A stretch of 48,907 nucleotides of DNA from an uncultured Pirellulaceae bacterium (GTDB lineage Bacteria > Planctomycetota > Planctomycetia > Pirellulales > Pirellulaceae), in the NCBI GenBank assembly GCA_964601665.1, contig CAZROJ010000003.1, positions 1 to 48,907 on the forward strand, given 5' to 3'. A model generated the notes under the pieces. The model ran no database searches. It saw only the letters and a list, made by a program, of their open reading frames with translations, and was not told where the DNA came from. Made by a program: the position numbers and the translations under genes. Below are positions 27,955 through 38,191 of this stretch, one piece after another. Each line of letters opens with the position of its first letter. Positions within the stretch are counted from its first letter, which is position 1.

Positions 27955-29712
27955 ATGGCTGTTCTGTTCCAAATTCGAAATGCCTACAAAAGCTACGGCG
28001 ACCAAGTCCTGCTCGACAACGCGGAGGCCACAATTACCGATGACGCCAAAATCGGATTTGTGGGCCGAAACGGAGCCGGCAAGTCGACGCTGCTGAAAAT
28101 TTTGTTGGGCGAAGAAGAACTGGACGCCGGCGAGATCATCCGCCATCCACGACTTCGCGTTGGGTATCTCCGCCAGCACGACCCCTTCGAAGCCGGCGAA
28201 TCGGCCATGGATTTCTTGATGCGGGACAGTGAGCAGCCGGACTGGAAGTGCGGCGAAGTGGCCGGACGTTTTGAGCTGAAAGGCGATTATTTGTTCGGCC
28301 CGGTCAAGTCGCTGTCCGGTGGTTGGCAGACGCGAGTAAAACTGGCGGCTCTGCTGTTGCACGAACCGAACTTGTTGCTGCTGGACGAACCGACCAACTT
28401 TTTGGACCTTCGAACGCAGATTTTGTTAGAGCATTTTCTGCAAACCTTTAAAGAAGCCTGCTTGATGGTTTCGCACGATCGAACGTTTCTGAAAAAGACT
28501 TGCCAGCATACGTTGGATTTGACCGCCGGCAAGCTGACGATGTATCCCGGCAAAATCGAAAAATTCCTCGAGTTCCAGGACGAGCGGACTCAGCAAGCGA
28601 TCCGCGAAAACGCAGCGACGATCGCCAAACAAAAGCAACTCGAAAAGTTCATCAATAAGAATCGAGCCAACGCCAATACGGCCAGCCAAGCGCGGTCAAA
28701 ACAAAAGCAGCTCGACCGATTGAAGCTCAATGAAGTCGCGGCTCAGCAGGCGACCGCCTACATTCAGGCGCCCATCGTGGATCCCAAAAAAGGGCCGGCC
28801 GTACGATGTGAAGATCTGGTCATCGGCTACCCCGATCACGAAGTTGCCAAAGATATCCATCTGGAAATCGAGCACCAGCAGCGAGCGGCGATCGTGGGCG
28901 ACAACGGGCAAGGCAAAACGACCTTGCTGCGAACCTTGGTCGGGTCGCTGGATCCCTTGGACGGGCAGGCTCGGTGGGGCCACAATATCAATATTGGAAC
29001 CTACGCCCAGCACGTTTATACATCCATCGATCCCAACGACACGGTGCTTGAATATCTGGAATATCAAGCGATGCCCGGGACCACCGATCAACAGGTCTTG
29101 GCCGTTGCCGGTTCGCTGCTGTTTCGCGATGAACACGTTCACAAAAAGGTCAAGGTTTTGTCCGGTGGCGAACGAGCACGACTGTGCATGGCCGGGCTGC
29201 TGCTGGGCGACTACAACGTCCTTGTTTTGGACGAACCGGGTAACCACTTGGACGTCGAAACTGTCGAGGCCTTGGCGGAAGCGCTGCTCAGGTATCAAGG
29301 TACGGTTATTTTCACCAGTCACGACCGTCACTTTATGAGCCGAGTCGCGACGACGGTGATTGAAGTCAGAGACGGAACGGCCAAAAATTATTTGGACGAT
29401 TACAGTGCCTACTTGTATTCGATCAATCAAGAAATTGACCAAGGTGAACGCGACGCGGCCAGTCAAAAGTCGACGGCTGATGGCAAAATGAATTCGGGCG
29501 GCGGGCTGAGCCAAAGCGATCAGCGGGCGCTCAAGAAAAAAATCAAATCGATCGAGCGAAAAATTGCCAAATTGGATGACGAAAAGAAAGCGTTGAACGC
29601 TCAGTTGCTAACGACCACCGATCCCGCAGAGGCGGTCAAGCTGCACGAAAACGTCGAAGCGGTCGCGGCTCAGCTGGCCGCTGCAGAAGACGAGTGGCTG
29701 GAGCTTAATTAA
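27955..29712 (+). CDS. ABC-F family ribosome-associated ATPase
   Basis: Tandem NBDs (GRNGAGKST / LSGGWQ / LDEPTN and GDNGQGKTT / LSGGER / LDEPGN), interdomain linker, C-terminal coiled coil, no TM segments. Confidence 0.93.
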   Translation: MAVLFQIRNAYKSYGDQVLLDNAEATITDDAKIGFVGRNGAGKSTLLKILLGEEELDAGEIIRHPRLRVGYLRQHDPFEAGESAMDFLMRDSEQPDWKCGEVAGRFELKGDYLFGPVKSLSGGWQTRVKLAALLLHEPNLLLLDEPTNFLDLRTQILLEHFLQTFKEACLMVSHDRTFLKKTCQHTLDLTAGKLTMYPGKIEKFLEFQDERTQQAIRENAATIAKQKQLEKFINKNRANANTASQARSKQKQLDRLKLNEVAAQQATAYIQAPIVDPKKGPAVRCEDLVIGYPDHEVAKDIHLEIEHQQRAAIVGDNGQGKTTLLRTLVGSLDPLDGQARWGHNINIGTYAQHVYTSIDPNDTVLEYLEYQAMPGTTDQQVLAVAGSLLFRDEHVHKKVKVLSGGERARLCMAGLLLGDYNVLVLDEPGNHLDVETVEALAEALLRYQGTVIFTSHDRHFMSRVATTVIEVRDGTAKNYLDDYSAYLYSINQEIDQGERDAASQKSTADGKMNSGGGLSQSDQRALKKKIKSIERKIAKLDDEKKALNAQLLTTTDPAEAVKLHENVEAVAAQLAAAEDEWLELN

Positions 29713-29736
29713 TTCACGAATCCTTCAAGGCGTCGC

Positions 29737-30507
29737 ATGCTTTCTTTAAAAGACAAAACCATTTTGATCACGGGTGCCTCACGCGGAATCGGTCGAGCGA
29801 TTGCCGTTGCTTGTGCCAAGGCCGGCGCGACGGTGGTGCCTCACGCCAGTTCGCCCAGTGACGCCGCGGCTGAGGCTCAGCAAGCGATTGCTGCTGAAAC
29901 TAGGGGCAGTGCATCTGATGCCGTTGGCGATTTCATTTTTGAAGACCTGTCGCAGGTTGGTTCTGGGCGCAGGTTGTTTGCTGCGGCGCTACAGCGGGTC
30001 GGCCAGATTGATGCGGTGGTGAACAACGCCGGCGTTTATATTTCGTCGCCGCTTGCGGGCGAAGGCTGGGACGATGGCTGGCGAAAAACGATGCAAGTGA
30101 ACGTGCAATCGACGGCGGATATCTGCCAAGCCGCGATTGAGCACTTTCGAGCGTCGGGCGGCGGCAGCGTTGTCAACATCGCCAGCCGCGCCGGTCATCG
30201 CGGAGACGGTGGCGATCACGCAGCCTATGCCGCTTCCAAGGGCGCCGTGCTGGCGATGACAAAAACGTGGGCCCGAGCATTGGCTGGCGAAAATATTCGG
30301 TTCTTCGCCATCGCGCCCGGTTGGGTGGAAACTCGGATGGCCCCTGAAGATATCGCCAAACGGGCGGAAGCGGTCGCCGACATTCCACTCGGACGAGTCG
30401 CTATGCCAGACGAGATTGCTTCGTTGGTGGCGTTTTTGTTGACCGACGCCTGCCCTTCCGCTGTCGGCGCGACATTCGATGTCAATGGAGCAAGCTACGT
30501 CCGGTAA
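29737..30507 (+). CDS. Short-chain dehydrogenase/reductase (SDR)
   Basis: TGASRGIG, NNAG, catalytic YAASK, APGWVET. Confidence 0.92.
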   Translation: MLSLKDKTILITGASRGIGRAIAVACAKAGATVVPHASSPSDAAAEAQQAIAAETRGSASDAVGDFIFEDLSQVGSGRRLFAAALQRVGQIDAVVNNAGVYISSPLAGEGWDDGWRKTMQVNVQSTADICQAAIEHFRASGGGSVVNIASRAGHRGDGGDHAAYAASKGAVLAMTKTWARALAGENIRFFAIAPGWVETRMAPEDIAKRAEAVADIPLGRVAMPDEIASLVAFLLTDACPSAVGATFDVNGASYVR

Positions 30508-30646
30508 CTGGCGGGGACCTGTCCGCAATCCGCATCTGGCAAACCGGCGGCAGCAAGGGCACGTCAGACGATCGCCTTAGGCGAAATACGATTGAGAAAC
30601 TACCGGGCAATATGCCCCAAAATGCCCAAGGTTCGCAATCGCTCCG

Positions 30647-31690
30647 CTACGATTCCCAGTTCAAAATCACTTTGCCGCATTCGCCGCCCAGCATTACGTC
30701 AAAGGCCGCTTGGTAATCGTCGCAGCTAAAGCGATGCGTAATGACGTCTCTCAGCACCAGGCCGCTGTCGAGCATTGCTAACATTTTGTACCACGTGTCG
30801 TACATCTGTCGGCCGTAGATGCCTCGCATCGTTAACGCCTTCAAGACAACCTTGCCAATGTCGATTGGAAATGGTTTTGCCGGCAAGCCAAGCATGGCAA
30901 CGTTCCCGCCCATGATCATCGTGTCGATCATTTGTTTAAACGCCGGTTCGGCGCCGCTCATTTCAAAGCCAACATCAAAGCCCTCCGTCATGCCAATCGC
31001 TTGCATTCTTTCTTCCAGCGATTCGCTCAACACGTTAACCGTGTGAATGGCCGGGTTGATTTTTTTGGCAAAGTCCAAACGCCATTGGTTGATGTCCGTG
31101 ATTACGATGCGTCGAGCGCCAGCCTGCTGAGCCACCGCGGCTGACATGATGCCGATCGGCCCAGCGCCGGTGATTAAAATATCTTCACCAACCAAATCGA
31201 AAGTCAGCGCGGTGTGGACAGCATTGCCCAGCGGATCCAGGATCGCTGCAATGTCCATCGGCAAATCATCAGGCAGTGGGATGACGTTAAATTCAGGCAG
31301 GCGAACATATTCGGCAAACGCGCCGGGAAGGTTGACACCAATTCCTTTTGTGTCCGGGTCCAAATGCCAGCGACCGCTTCGCGCGTTGCGACTGCGATTG
31401 CCCACCACATGTCCCTCGCCAGAAACTCGCTGGCCGACTTCGACTCGACGAACCGTCGATCCAACTTCGACAACCACGCCGCCGTATTCGTGACCGGTCA
31501 CCATCGGCACTGGCACGTTGGCTTGGGCCCACGGATCCCATTTGTAAATGTGCATGTCAGTGCCGCAAATCGAAGCGCGGTGCACGCGGATCAAAACCTC
31601 GTTTGGCTCAATTTTGGGAATGGGAACATCTTCCATCCAGATTCCAACTTCGGATTTGGCTTTCACCAACGCTCTCATTGTTTCTGCCAT
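30647..31690 (-). CDS. tdh: L-threonine 3-dehydrogenase (variant without structural-Zn cysteines)
   Basis: ICGTDMHIY.WD.WA, GHEY.G, VSGEGH, DPLGNAVHTAL, GAGPIG, GIYGR.MY.TWYKM, GKVILNW. ATG at 31690 preferred. Confidence 0.92.
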   Translation of the reverse strand: MAETMRALVKAKSEVGIWMEDVPIPKIEPNEVLIRVHRASICGTDMHIYKWDPWAQANVPVPMVTGHEYGGVVVEVGSTVRRVEVGQRVSGEGHVVGNRSRNARSGRWHLDPDTKGIGVNLPGAFAEYVRLPEFNVIPLPDDLPMDIAAILDPLGNAVHTALTFDLVGEDILITGAGPIGIMSAAVAQQAGARRIVITDINQWRLDFAKKINPAIHTVNVLSESLEERMQAIGMTEGFDVGFEMSGAEPAFKQMIDTMIMGGNVAMLGLPAKPFPIDIGKVVLKALTMRGIYGRQMYDTWYKMLAMLDSGLVLRDVITHRFSCDDYQAAFDVMLGGECGKVILNWES

Positions 31691-31842
31691 TGCGGCACGC
31701 CTTGTTTTTGGGATGGGACCGGGATTTCCGACAATTCTAGTACCGCCGTCACTGTAAGCCAATCACTTGTTTGCATGAATTAAAAGAAACCGACCGCATC
31801 CTGTCCCTCGCCAATTTGGCCGTGATCGGTTCTACTGGATGC

Positions 31843-34626
31843 ATGGAAAAATCAGAAAAAAAGTTGTATTTGTTGGATGCGATGGCGCTGATTTATCGAG
31901 CCCATTTTGCATTGATTCGTAGCCCGCGTTTTACTTCGGACAATCGTTGCACTTCGGCGGTGTTTGGGGTCACCAATACCGTGTTCGACATCATCAACAA
32001 ACAAAATCCGACGCATATCGCCGTGGCGTTTGATACCCGCGAACCTACCTTTCGGCACGAGAAGTTTCCCGAATACAAGGCGCAGCGAGACGCGTTGCCC
32101 GAAGACATTGCCGAACAATTTCCGCTGATCGATCAGTTGTTTGAAGCCATGAATATCACCATGATTCGGCAACCGGGATTTGAGGCGGATGATATCGTGG
32201 GGACGATCGCGTTCGAGGCCGAAAAACAGGGTTTTCAAACTTTCATGGTAACCCCCGACAAGGATTACACTCAGCTGGTCAGTGAAAATACGACCATGTA
32301 CAAACCGGGGCGGCAAGGAAGCGGCTACGAACTGTTGGGCGTACCTGAGGTTTTGGAGCAGTGGCAGATCGAACGCATCGATCAAGTCGTCGATGTGCTG
32401 GGTTTGATGGGCGACTCGAGCGACAATATTCCCGGTGTTCCCGGCATCGGTCCTAAGACGGCTCAGAAACTGATTGCGAAATTCGGCTCAGTCGAGGAGC
32501 TGTTAAAGAACACGGACCAGCTCAAAGGCAAACAAAAAGAACGCGTCGAAGAAAACAAAGCACAGGCCCTGCTATCCAAAGACTTGGTGACGATTCGCCG
32601 CGACGTGCCGCACGATGTTGTTTTGGATGATTTAGCGTGGGCTGGCTACGACGAAGAGAAACTAAAGTCGCTTTTTGGGGAACTCGAATTCGATTCACTT
32701 GGAAAAAAGCTATTTGGTAAAAAATTCACGACCGCGCCGACGCGACAGAAAAAAATCCGAGCCAAACGCGAAAAGGAAATCCAAGCGACCTTGTTTGACG
32801 CACCGGTCAAGCAGACCACCATCAAGTCAAAAAATCACAACTACATCACGGTCAAAACCAAACAAGGCCGAGCCGACTTGATCAAGAACTTGTTGGCTCA
32901 GCCACGTATTTGTTTCGACACCGAAACAACAGGGCTCGACCCGCGCGAGGCGTTTCCATTGGGCATTTCATTTTCGTACGAAGCGGGCAAAGCGTTTTAC
33001 GCCGTCATCCCCGAAGACGAAGCGATGGCTCAAATGATTTTGGATGAATTTCGACCGGTGTTTGAAAATGAATCCATCGAAAAAGTTGGCCATAACCTCA
33101 AGTACGACGTGACATTGCTCAAGTGGCACGGCGTTGAAGTGCGGGGCAAACTGTTTGACACGATGCTGGCTCATTCGATGAAAGAGCCAGAGATGCAGCA
33201 TGGGCTGGATTACCTTGCCAAGTTGTACTTGGGCTACGAGCCGATTCCGACGTCGGATTTGTTGGGGCCCAAAGGAGAAGCTCAGCGGAACATGCGCGAC
33301 GTGCCGATCGAAATTGTGTCGGAGTACGCCTGCGAGGACGCCGATGTCACTCTGCAGATTGCCGATAAGATCGCGCCCGATATTGAATCGCGCGGCGTCG
33401 CGCAAGTTTGTTACGATGTCGAATGCCCGTTGATTCCCGTGCTGGTTGATATGGAGCACGAAGGGATTCGGTTGGATGTGAAGGCACTGGCTGAGTATTC
33501 GAAGGTGCTAGAGGACGACATCGAAGGGCTGGAAGAAAAAATATATTTAGCCGCCGGACGTGAGTTCAATATCGGTTCGCCAAAGCAATTAGGCGTCGTG
33601 CTTTTTGAAGACTTGCAGTTGGTGGATAACCCCAAAAAAACCAGCACCGGGCAGTATTCGACGCGCGAGGCAGAACTGCTGCGGTTGGCGCCCAAGCACC
33701 CAATCGTGGCCGACGTGCTCGATTTTCGAAACGCGATGAAGCTGAAGTCCGTTTATGTCGATCAGCTTCCAACTTCGGTGAACCCTGCCACCGGCAAGCT
33801 GCATACTCACTACAGCCAAACATGGACGGCGACGGGGCGGATGCAATCGATCAATCCGAACCTGCAAACCATCCCGGTTCGCAAAGAGCGAGGTCGAGAA
33901 ATTCGCGCCGCCTTTGTGCCTCGCGACGACGATTTTCTGATCATGTCGGCGGATTACTCGCAGGTGGAACTGCGGATCATGGCGGCTTTGTCTGGCGACG
34001 AAGGTATGTTGGAGGCATTTAAAAGTGGCACGGACATTCACACGGTCACGGCCGCCAAAGTCTACAAAGTTCCTTTGGACGAGGTCGACCGAGAGATGCG
34101 GTCCAAGGCCAAAATGGTCAACTTTGGAATCTTGTACGGGATCTCGGCTTTTGGCCTGCAACAGCGATTGAATATTCCTCGAAAAGAGGCCAGCTTGTTA
34201 ATCGATGGTTATTTTGAAAACCACCCTGCCGTGCAAACTTACATCGATAAAACGATTGCGTTCGCCGAAGAGCACGGCTACGTGAAAACTCAGACCGGCC
34301 GCCGACGCGAGCTGCGCGATATTAACTCGCGCAGCAAAACGATCAAAAATCAGGCCGAACGCTTGGCGATGAACAGTCCGATTCAGGGCACCGCCGCCGA
34401 CATGCTCAAGCTGGCGATGATCAAGGTTGATGCGGCGTTATCCGAGGGTGGTTTTCAGACCAAGATGCTGTTAACGGTGCACGATGAATTGGTTTTTGAT
34501 ATGCACAAATCTGAAAAAGAAACCGTCATGCCGGTGATTGAACAAGCGATGAAAACCGCCCTGCCCTTGGACTGTCCGATCGAAGTGGAAATGGGCTACG
34601 GCGAAAATTGGCTCGAGGCTCATTGA
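31843..34626 (+). CDS. polA: DNA polymerase I
   Basis: 5'-3' exonuclease (LYLLD, EADD, GDSSDNIPGVPGIGPKTA); 3'-5' exonuclease (FDTETT, HNLKYD); polymerase motifs ADYSQVELR, AKMVNFG.LYG, VHDELV. Confidence 0.97.
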   Translation: MEKSEKKLYLLDAMALIYRAHFALIRSPRFTSDNRCTSAVFGVTNTVFDIINKQNPTHIAVAFDTREPTFRHEKFPEYKAQRDALPEDIAEQFPLIDQLFEAMNITMIRQPGFEADDIVGTIAFEAEKQGFQTFMVTPDKDYTQLVSENTTMYKPGRQGSGYELLGVPEVLEQWQIERIDQVVDVLGLMGDSSDNIPGVPGIGPKTAQKLIAKFGSVEELLKNTDQLKGKQKERVEENKAQALLSKDLVTIRRDVPHDVVLDDLAWAGYDEEKLKSLFGELEFDSLGKKLFGKKFTTAPTRQKKIRAKREKEIQATLFDAPVKQTTIKSKNHNYITVKTKQGRADLIKNLLAQPRICFDTETTGLDPREAFPLGISFSYEAGKAFYAVIPEDEAMAQMILDEFRPVFENESIEKVGHNLKYDVTLLKWHGVEVRGKLFDTMLAHSMKEPEMQHGLDYLAKLYLGYEPIPTSDLLGPKGEAQRNMRDVPIEIVSEYACEDADVTLQIADKIAPDIESRGVAQVCYDVECPLIPVLVDMEHEGIRLDVKALAEYSKVLEDDIEGLEEKIYLAAGREFNIGSPKQLGVVLFEDLQLVDNPKKTSTGQYSTREAELLRLAPKHPIVADVLDFRNAMKLKSVYVDQLPTSVNPATGKLHTHYSQTWTATGRMQSINPNLQTIPVRKERGREIRAAFVPRDDDFLIMSADYSQVELRIMAALSGDEGMLEAFKSGTDIHTVTAAKVYKVPLDEVDREMRSKAKMVNFGILYGISAFGLQQRLNIPRKEASLLIDGYFENHPAVQTYIDKTIAFAEEHGYVKTQTGRRRELRDINSRSKTIKNQAERLAMNSPIQGTAADMLKLAMIKVDAALSEGGFQTKMLLTVHDELVFDMHKSEKETVMPVIEQAMKTALPLDCPIEVEMGYGENWLEAH

Positions 34627-34647
34627 TTTCCGTAGTCGGCTTGCTGT

Positions 34648-36018
34648 TTAATTTTTGACTTGTCCAGCTAAATAATCCTCGATCGCTTTTGCCGTTTGAG
34701 CGGCCATCGTGTTGGCGTTGCGCTGTTCCAAAATGTAACGGCGGCCGGCTTGGCCGATCGAGTTTCTTAATTCGTGATCGCCAAGCAATCGCTGAAGTTC
34801 ATCGGCCAAGGCTGCCGGATCGGCAGGCGGAACCAAAATCCCGCCTGCGGATTCATTGACCAGTTCGGGAAAGGCACCGTGGTTGGGCAACACGACCGGC
34901 AAACCACTGGCGAGCGCTTCGAAGGCGTAGCGACCCTTGGGTTCTTCGTAGTCGGTCGGAACGGTAAACACATCGACACTGCGAAGGAACGCCAATTTTT
35001 CATCGCGATCCACCACGCCCAAGTACTCGTAGGCGCCGGCCAAGCCAGCTGTTTCCAATCGATCAAACTGTTGCTGGGAGTACTTTCGGTGCTCGGGGCT
35101 GTTCCAGCCAGCGATCTTAAGTTGAACATGAGCCGTTTCAGGGCGTTTTTTTAGTTCGATAAAAGCGTCGACCAAATGGTGTAGGCCTTTTTCAGGGGCC
35201 AGCCGAGCGAGATAACCGATGGACTGCGTTTGGTCGTCGACGGCTGGAGAGTGAATTCGGTTTTGTGAAACATAGTCGTCGACGTCAATGCCCAGCGGCG
35301 CCACGACGAACTTGGAAGGATCGATCGCAAAATAATCGCTCATGAAATCGCGAAAGAAATTCGATTGGACGATGAACCCGTCGACCGATTCGGCAATTTG
35401 TTTGATGCGTTCGATACAGCGTTTTTTGTACGGCTCTTTCAGGCTATCCAAAAATACATTGTCCCCTTGGAGTGTCACCAAAACGGGCACGCTGGAGTTT
35501 TGTTTGAGAGTTTCAATGCAGCCGCCAATTAAGATGTTGGAAAAAATGACAAGCCGCGGGCTAACGCCGCCGAGCCATTTGCACAGCAGTTTGACTTCCT
35601 TGCGTTGGTTTCCCTGTTCTCCTAACAACATCGAGTGGGCCAATTTTCCCAGCATCGTCGGGTCGGTTTCCATCGCCTTGGATGTGACCTTGCGGATCAG
35701 CCATGGCGAATCGAGAAAGCGATCCAAGAACGCCGGCAGGTAGCGGAGCAGCGGTACTTTTTGTTGTAGGTAAACGTTGACGCCGCCAAACATGACTCGG
35801 TCGACACTGAAATCCGATTCGTCAGTTCGGATCGGTGTGTAGGTTGGCACCAGTTGGATGTTCCAGCCGTGATTGGAGAGCGCGCGGGACAAAGCGTTGT
35901 CGTGCATGCAACTGCCGCAAAACATGCCACCGGCACCGGCAGTCAAGTAGATGACCTGGTCCGAGGCTGTTGAGCCTATCGTCTTGGTTTGGTTTTGCGG
36001 ATTCGTCTGCTTCGTCAC
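34648..36018 (-). CDS. GT4-family glycosyltransferase with N-terminal CxxC motif
   Basis: GYLARLAPEKG, EPKGRYAFEALASG.PVV.P.HGAFPE; N-terminal GAGGMFCGSCMHD. Confidence 0.88.
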   Translation of the reverse strand: MTKQTNPQNQTKTIGSTASDQVIYLTAGAGGMFCGSCMHDNALSRALSNHGWNIQLVPTYTPIRTDESDFSVDRVMFGGVNVYLQQKVPLLRYLPAFLDRFLDSPWLIRKVTSKAMETDPTMLGKLAHSMLLGEQGNQRKEVKLLCKWLGGVSPRLVIFSNILIGGCIETLKQNSSVPVLVTLQGDNVFLDSLKEPYKKRCIERIKQIAESVDGFIVQSNFFRDFMSDYFAIDPSKFVVAPLGIDVDDYVSQNRIHSPAVDDQTQSIGYLARLAPEKGLHHLVDAFIELKKRPETAHVQLKIAGWNSPEHRKYSQQQFDRLETAGLAGAYEYLGVVDRDEKLAFLRSVDVFTVPTDYEEPKGRYAFEALASGLPVVLPNHGAFPELVNESAGGILVPPADPAALADELQRLLGDHELRNSIGQAGRRYILEQRNANTMAAQTAKAIEDYLAGQVKN

Positions 36019-36022
36019 GAGA

Positions 36023-36694
36023 TTATTGCCTGGTTAGGAGTAGCTCGGCGGCCGCCATCAACGCATCGTCGATTCGCCAGTTCGCTTTGTTTCGGTCGCC
36101 GGCCAAGTTTGAAAATCCACGGATGACTTCTAATTTCACGCCAAACATCTGGCAAGCCATCGCGACCCCGAATGCTTCCATGTCTTCGCCAACGGTCGAA
36201 GGGTTTTGCTTTGAACGACGTGTGGCATCTTCCAGGTTGTCCGAAGCACTGCAAACCGTCAACAAGTCGCAGGGTTCACTTTCTTCGTTTCCCTGCGGTC
36301 GATCACAGGCGATAAAATCGCCAATGGGGGGCCCGTCGTCGCCAGCCCACTGTGGCCAGCCCAGCGTTGCTGCGGATTGAAATTGTTCTCCCGTCCCGAC
36401 TCCGACGCCCTCGCAATAGATGTTGTCAAATAGTGTCGCCGTTGCCACGGGATGTTTGCCGGTCAGACGCTGGTAAGTGCCCGCGATCCCCAGCAGGACG
36501 ACTCGGCTGAGGTTCTGTTCAGGATTTTGGCTGGCCAGCAGTTGCATTGTTTTTGCTGCCGCCGCAATGGGCCCAAAGCCGCAGAGTTGAAAATCAAACG
36601 AGACGCTGGAGGCATTGCTGTTTAGTTGGCGAACCACTTTCTGACGCTCAAAGTTGGTCGGGATTAGAAAGAGTGTTTCTTGTTTTTCGTTCAT
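36023..36694 (-). CDS. mqnB: Futalosine hydrolase (MqnB-like, nucleoside phosphorylase fold)
   Basis: CGFGPIAAA, LLGIAG, EDMEAFGVA.AC, RGFSN.AGDRNK.NWRI. Confidence 0.72.
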   Translation of the reverse strand: MNEKQETLFLIPTNFERQKVVRQLNSNASSVSFDFQLCGFGPIAAAAKTMQLLASQNPEQNLSRVVLLGIAGTYQRLTGKHPVATATLFDNIYCEGVGVGTGEQFQSAATLGWPQWAGDDGPPIGDFIACDRPQGNEESEPCDLLTVCSASDNLEDATRRSKQNPSTVGEDMEAFGVAMACQMFGVKLEVIRGFSNLAGDRNKANWRIDDALMAAAELLLTRQ

Positions 36695-37065
36695 GAAGGC
36701 TTGGCGTCGTCGATCGAAATCGGCGTTTGTTCTGGATTGACCACGGTTAAAGGTTCAACGATTCGCCAAGGCTTCGCGCGCAGCAACGGAGTCCGATTGG
36801 CGGGCGGTGGGAGTGGTAGGGCTTCCTCAGAATCCAGCTTCGATGCCGAGGGAGGATTTGCCGATGTCTCTAGATGATCGACGGCGTTTTTTTTAATCGC
36901 TCGGTTGGCTCGGCACTCCACCCAGTTCCCGGTCGATAGCAAAGAAGAATCCACGATTGGAATCTTGATCGGCGACATGCACTGGGGACAGCGAATGACC
37001 TTCCCCGCTCGATCGGCCGGCACACGGATTTGGCAATGGTTGGGGCAGTGAACTAAAAGTGGCAT
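36691..37065 (-). CDS. Small protein with N-terminal zinc-ribbon (CPNxC...CPQC)
   Basis: MPLLVHCPNHC.IRVP...AGK.IRCPQC followed by a Pro-rich tail; ATGA overlap with the mqnB-like gene. Confidence 0.65.
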   Translation of the reverse strand: MPLLVHCPNHCQIRVPADRAGKVIRCPQCMSPIKIPIVDSSLLSTGNWVECRANRAIKKNAVDHLETSANPPSASKLDSEEALPLPPPANRTPLLRAKPWRIVEPLTVVNPEQTPISIDDAKPS

Positions 37066-37180
37066 CGAATCGTTGGGGGCGAAACAGAATAACGTCGTCT
37101 TATGTTATCACGAATGGGCAAGGCTGGCGGCTCTATTTCGCCAGTCACTTCCTTGTGATGAACCAATCGTGATTCGACGC

Positions 37181-38044
37181 CTAGCCAGGATTCTTGCCGT
37201 TTTTTTCCATTCGGACGTGTTCGTGGATCGTTTCGATGTAATCCACAATACTGTGGTCGCTCAAACTGTCGATACGAAACTTTTTGGTTAGTTCAGAAAA
37301 GAAACCCTTCAGCATGTCGCTGGCACGACGCCAGCCTTTCAAGTCGCGAAGACGACCGTGTCGGTCAAGATATTGCTCGGTTCCCGAGTGGCGATAGCCC
37401 AGCAGTACCGGTGGCACGCGAGTCACGATGTCATTGTTGTTCACCCAACGGTAGTGCCGCATTGGAACGTGGTTGACGTATTTGCGACAACCGACACGGG
37501 GGCTTCCGTAGGTGTACAAGCCGGCGGGTTCCATTTTCAAGTAAGACAAAACACAACGCCCAGTGCAAATCGTCGCGAGTGCCCCGCCGAGCGAATGGCC
37601 GCAAAACCAGAGCGGCTTGGTGTTGCTTTCGAGTTCCTTTTCGATCAGCGGCCAAATCGTGTCCACCTCACGCTTGAAGCCACGATGCACTTTGCCAACC
37701 GTTTCGGCCAGAGCAGCCACGGCGTCCGCGTCCGCTTTGATGTCGTTCCAATCGTCCGCTTCTGTGCCTCGGAATACGACAACGCTGTCGTGTTCGGACT
37801 GGAACCAGTAAGCCTGCGAGCCACCACGGTCAAAGAATTTTCCATCGGAGAATCCCAGTTTGCCCGCTGCAATATTGCACTCCTTGACGTCCAAATAAGA
37901 AATCATCGACGCCTCGGCCATCAACAACGAGCGTTCGAAATGACTCATGGCTTCGATGGGTTTGTCGGCGCGGGACTTAAAATTGAAGTCGCAGGCTTTC
38001 TTGGTGCACAGTTTTGACTTGTTGGAGTCTTTTTTAGTCGCCAT
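37181..38044 (-). CDS. Lipase class 3 family protein
   Basis: VVFRGTE, VHRGF, nucleophile GHSLGG, YTYGSPRVG, NNDIVTRVP, C-terminal DH.I..Y. Confidence 0.92.
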   Translation of the reverse strand: MATKKDSNKSKLCTKKACDFNFKSRADKPIEAMSHFERSLLMAEASMISYLDVKECNIAAGKLGFSDGKFFDRGGSQAYWFQSEHDSVVVFRGTEADDWNDIKADADAVAALAETVGKVHRGFKREVDTIWPLIEKELESNTKPLWFCGHSLGGALATICTGRCVLSYLKMEPAGLYTYGSPRVGCRKYVNHVPMRHYRWVNNNDIVTRVPPVLLGYRHSGTEQYLDRHGRLRDLKGWRRASDMLKGFFSELTKKFRIDSLSDHSIVDYIETIHEHVRMEKNGKNPG

Positions 38045-38191
38045 TTTCGCAGCAAACGGAATTCAGGTTTGGATCGAAAGATTAAAACAAGATTGTAATG
38101 GTCGGCGAAATCGAATTAAACCACAAACGCAAGGAATGTTGCGAAGCGACCTCTGGGGGTGTCTTTTCTGGTTAAAGGATTTTCGCCAGCG

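Noticed and set aside
28696-29514. 272-aa antisense ORF
   Set aside because: Antisense shadow of the ABC-F gene.
30610-30632. Third copy of the TIR element (ccccaaaatgccc) between convergent SDR and tdh
   Set aside because: Only ~12 bp match; no core or second TIR.
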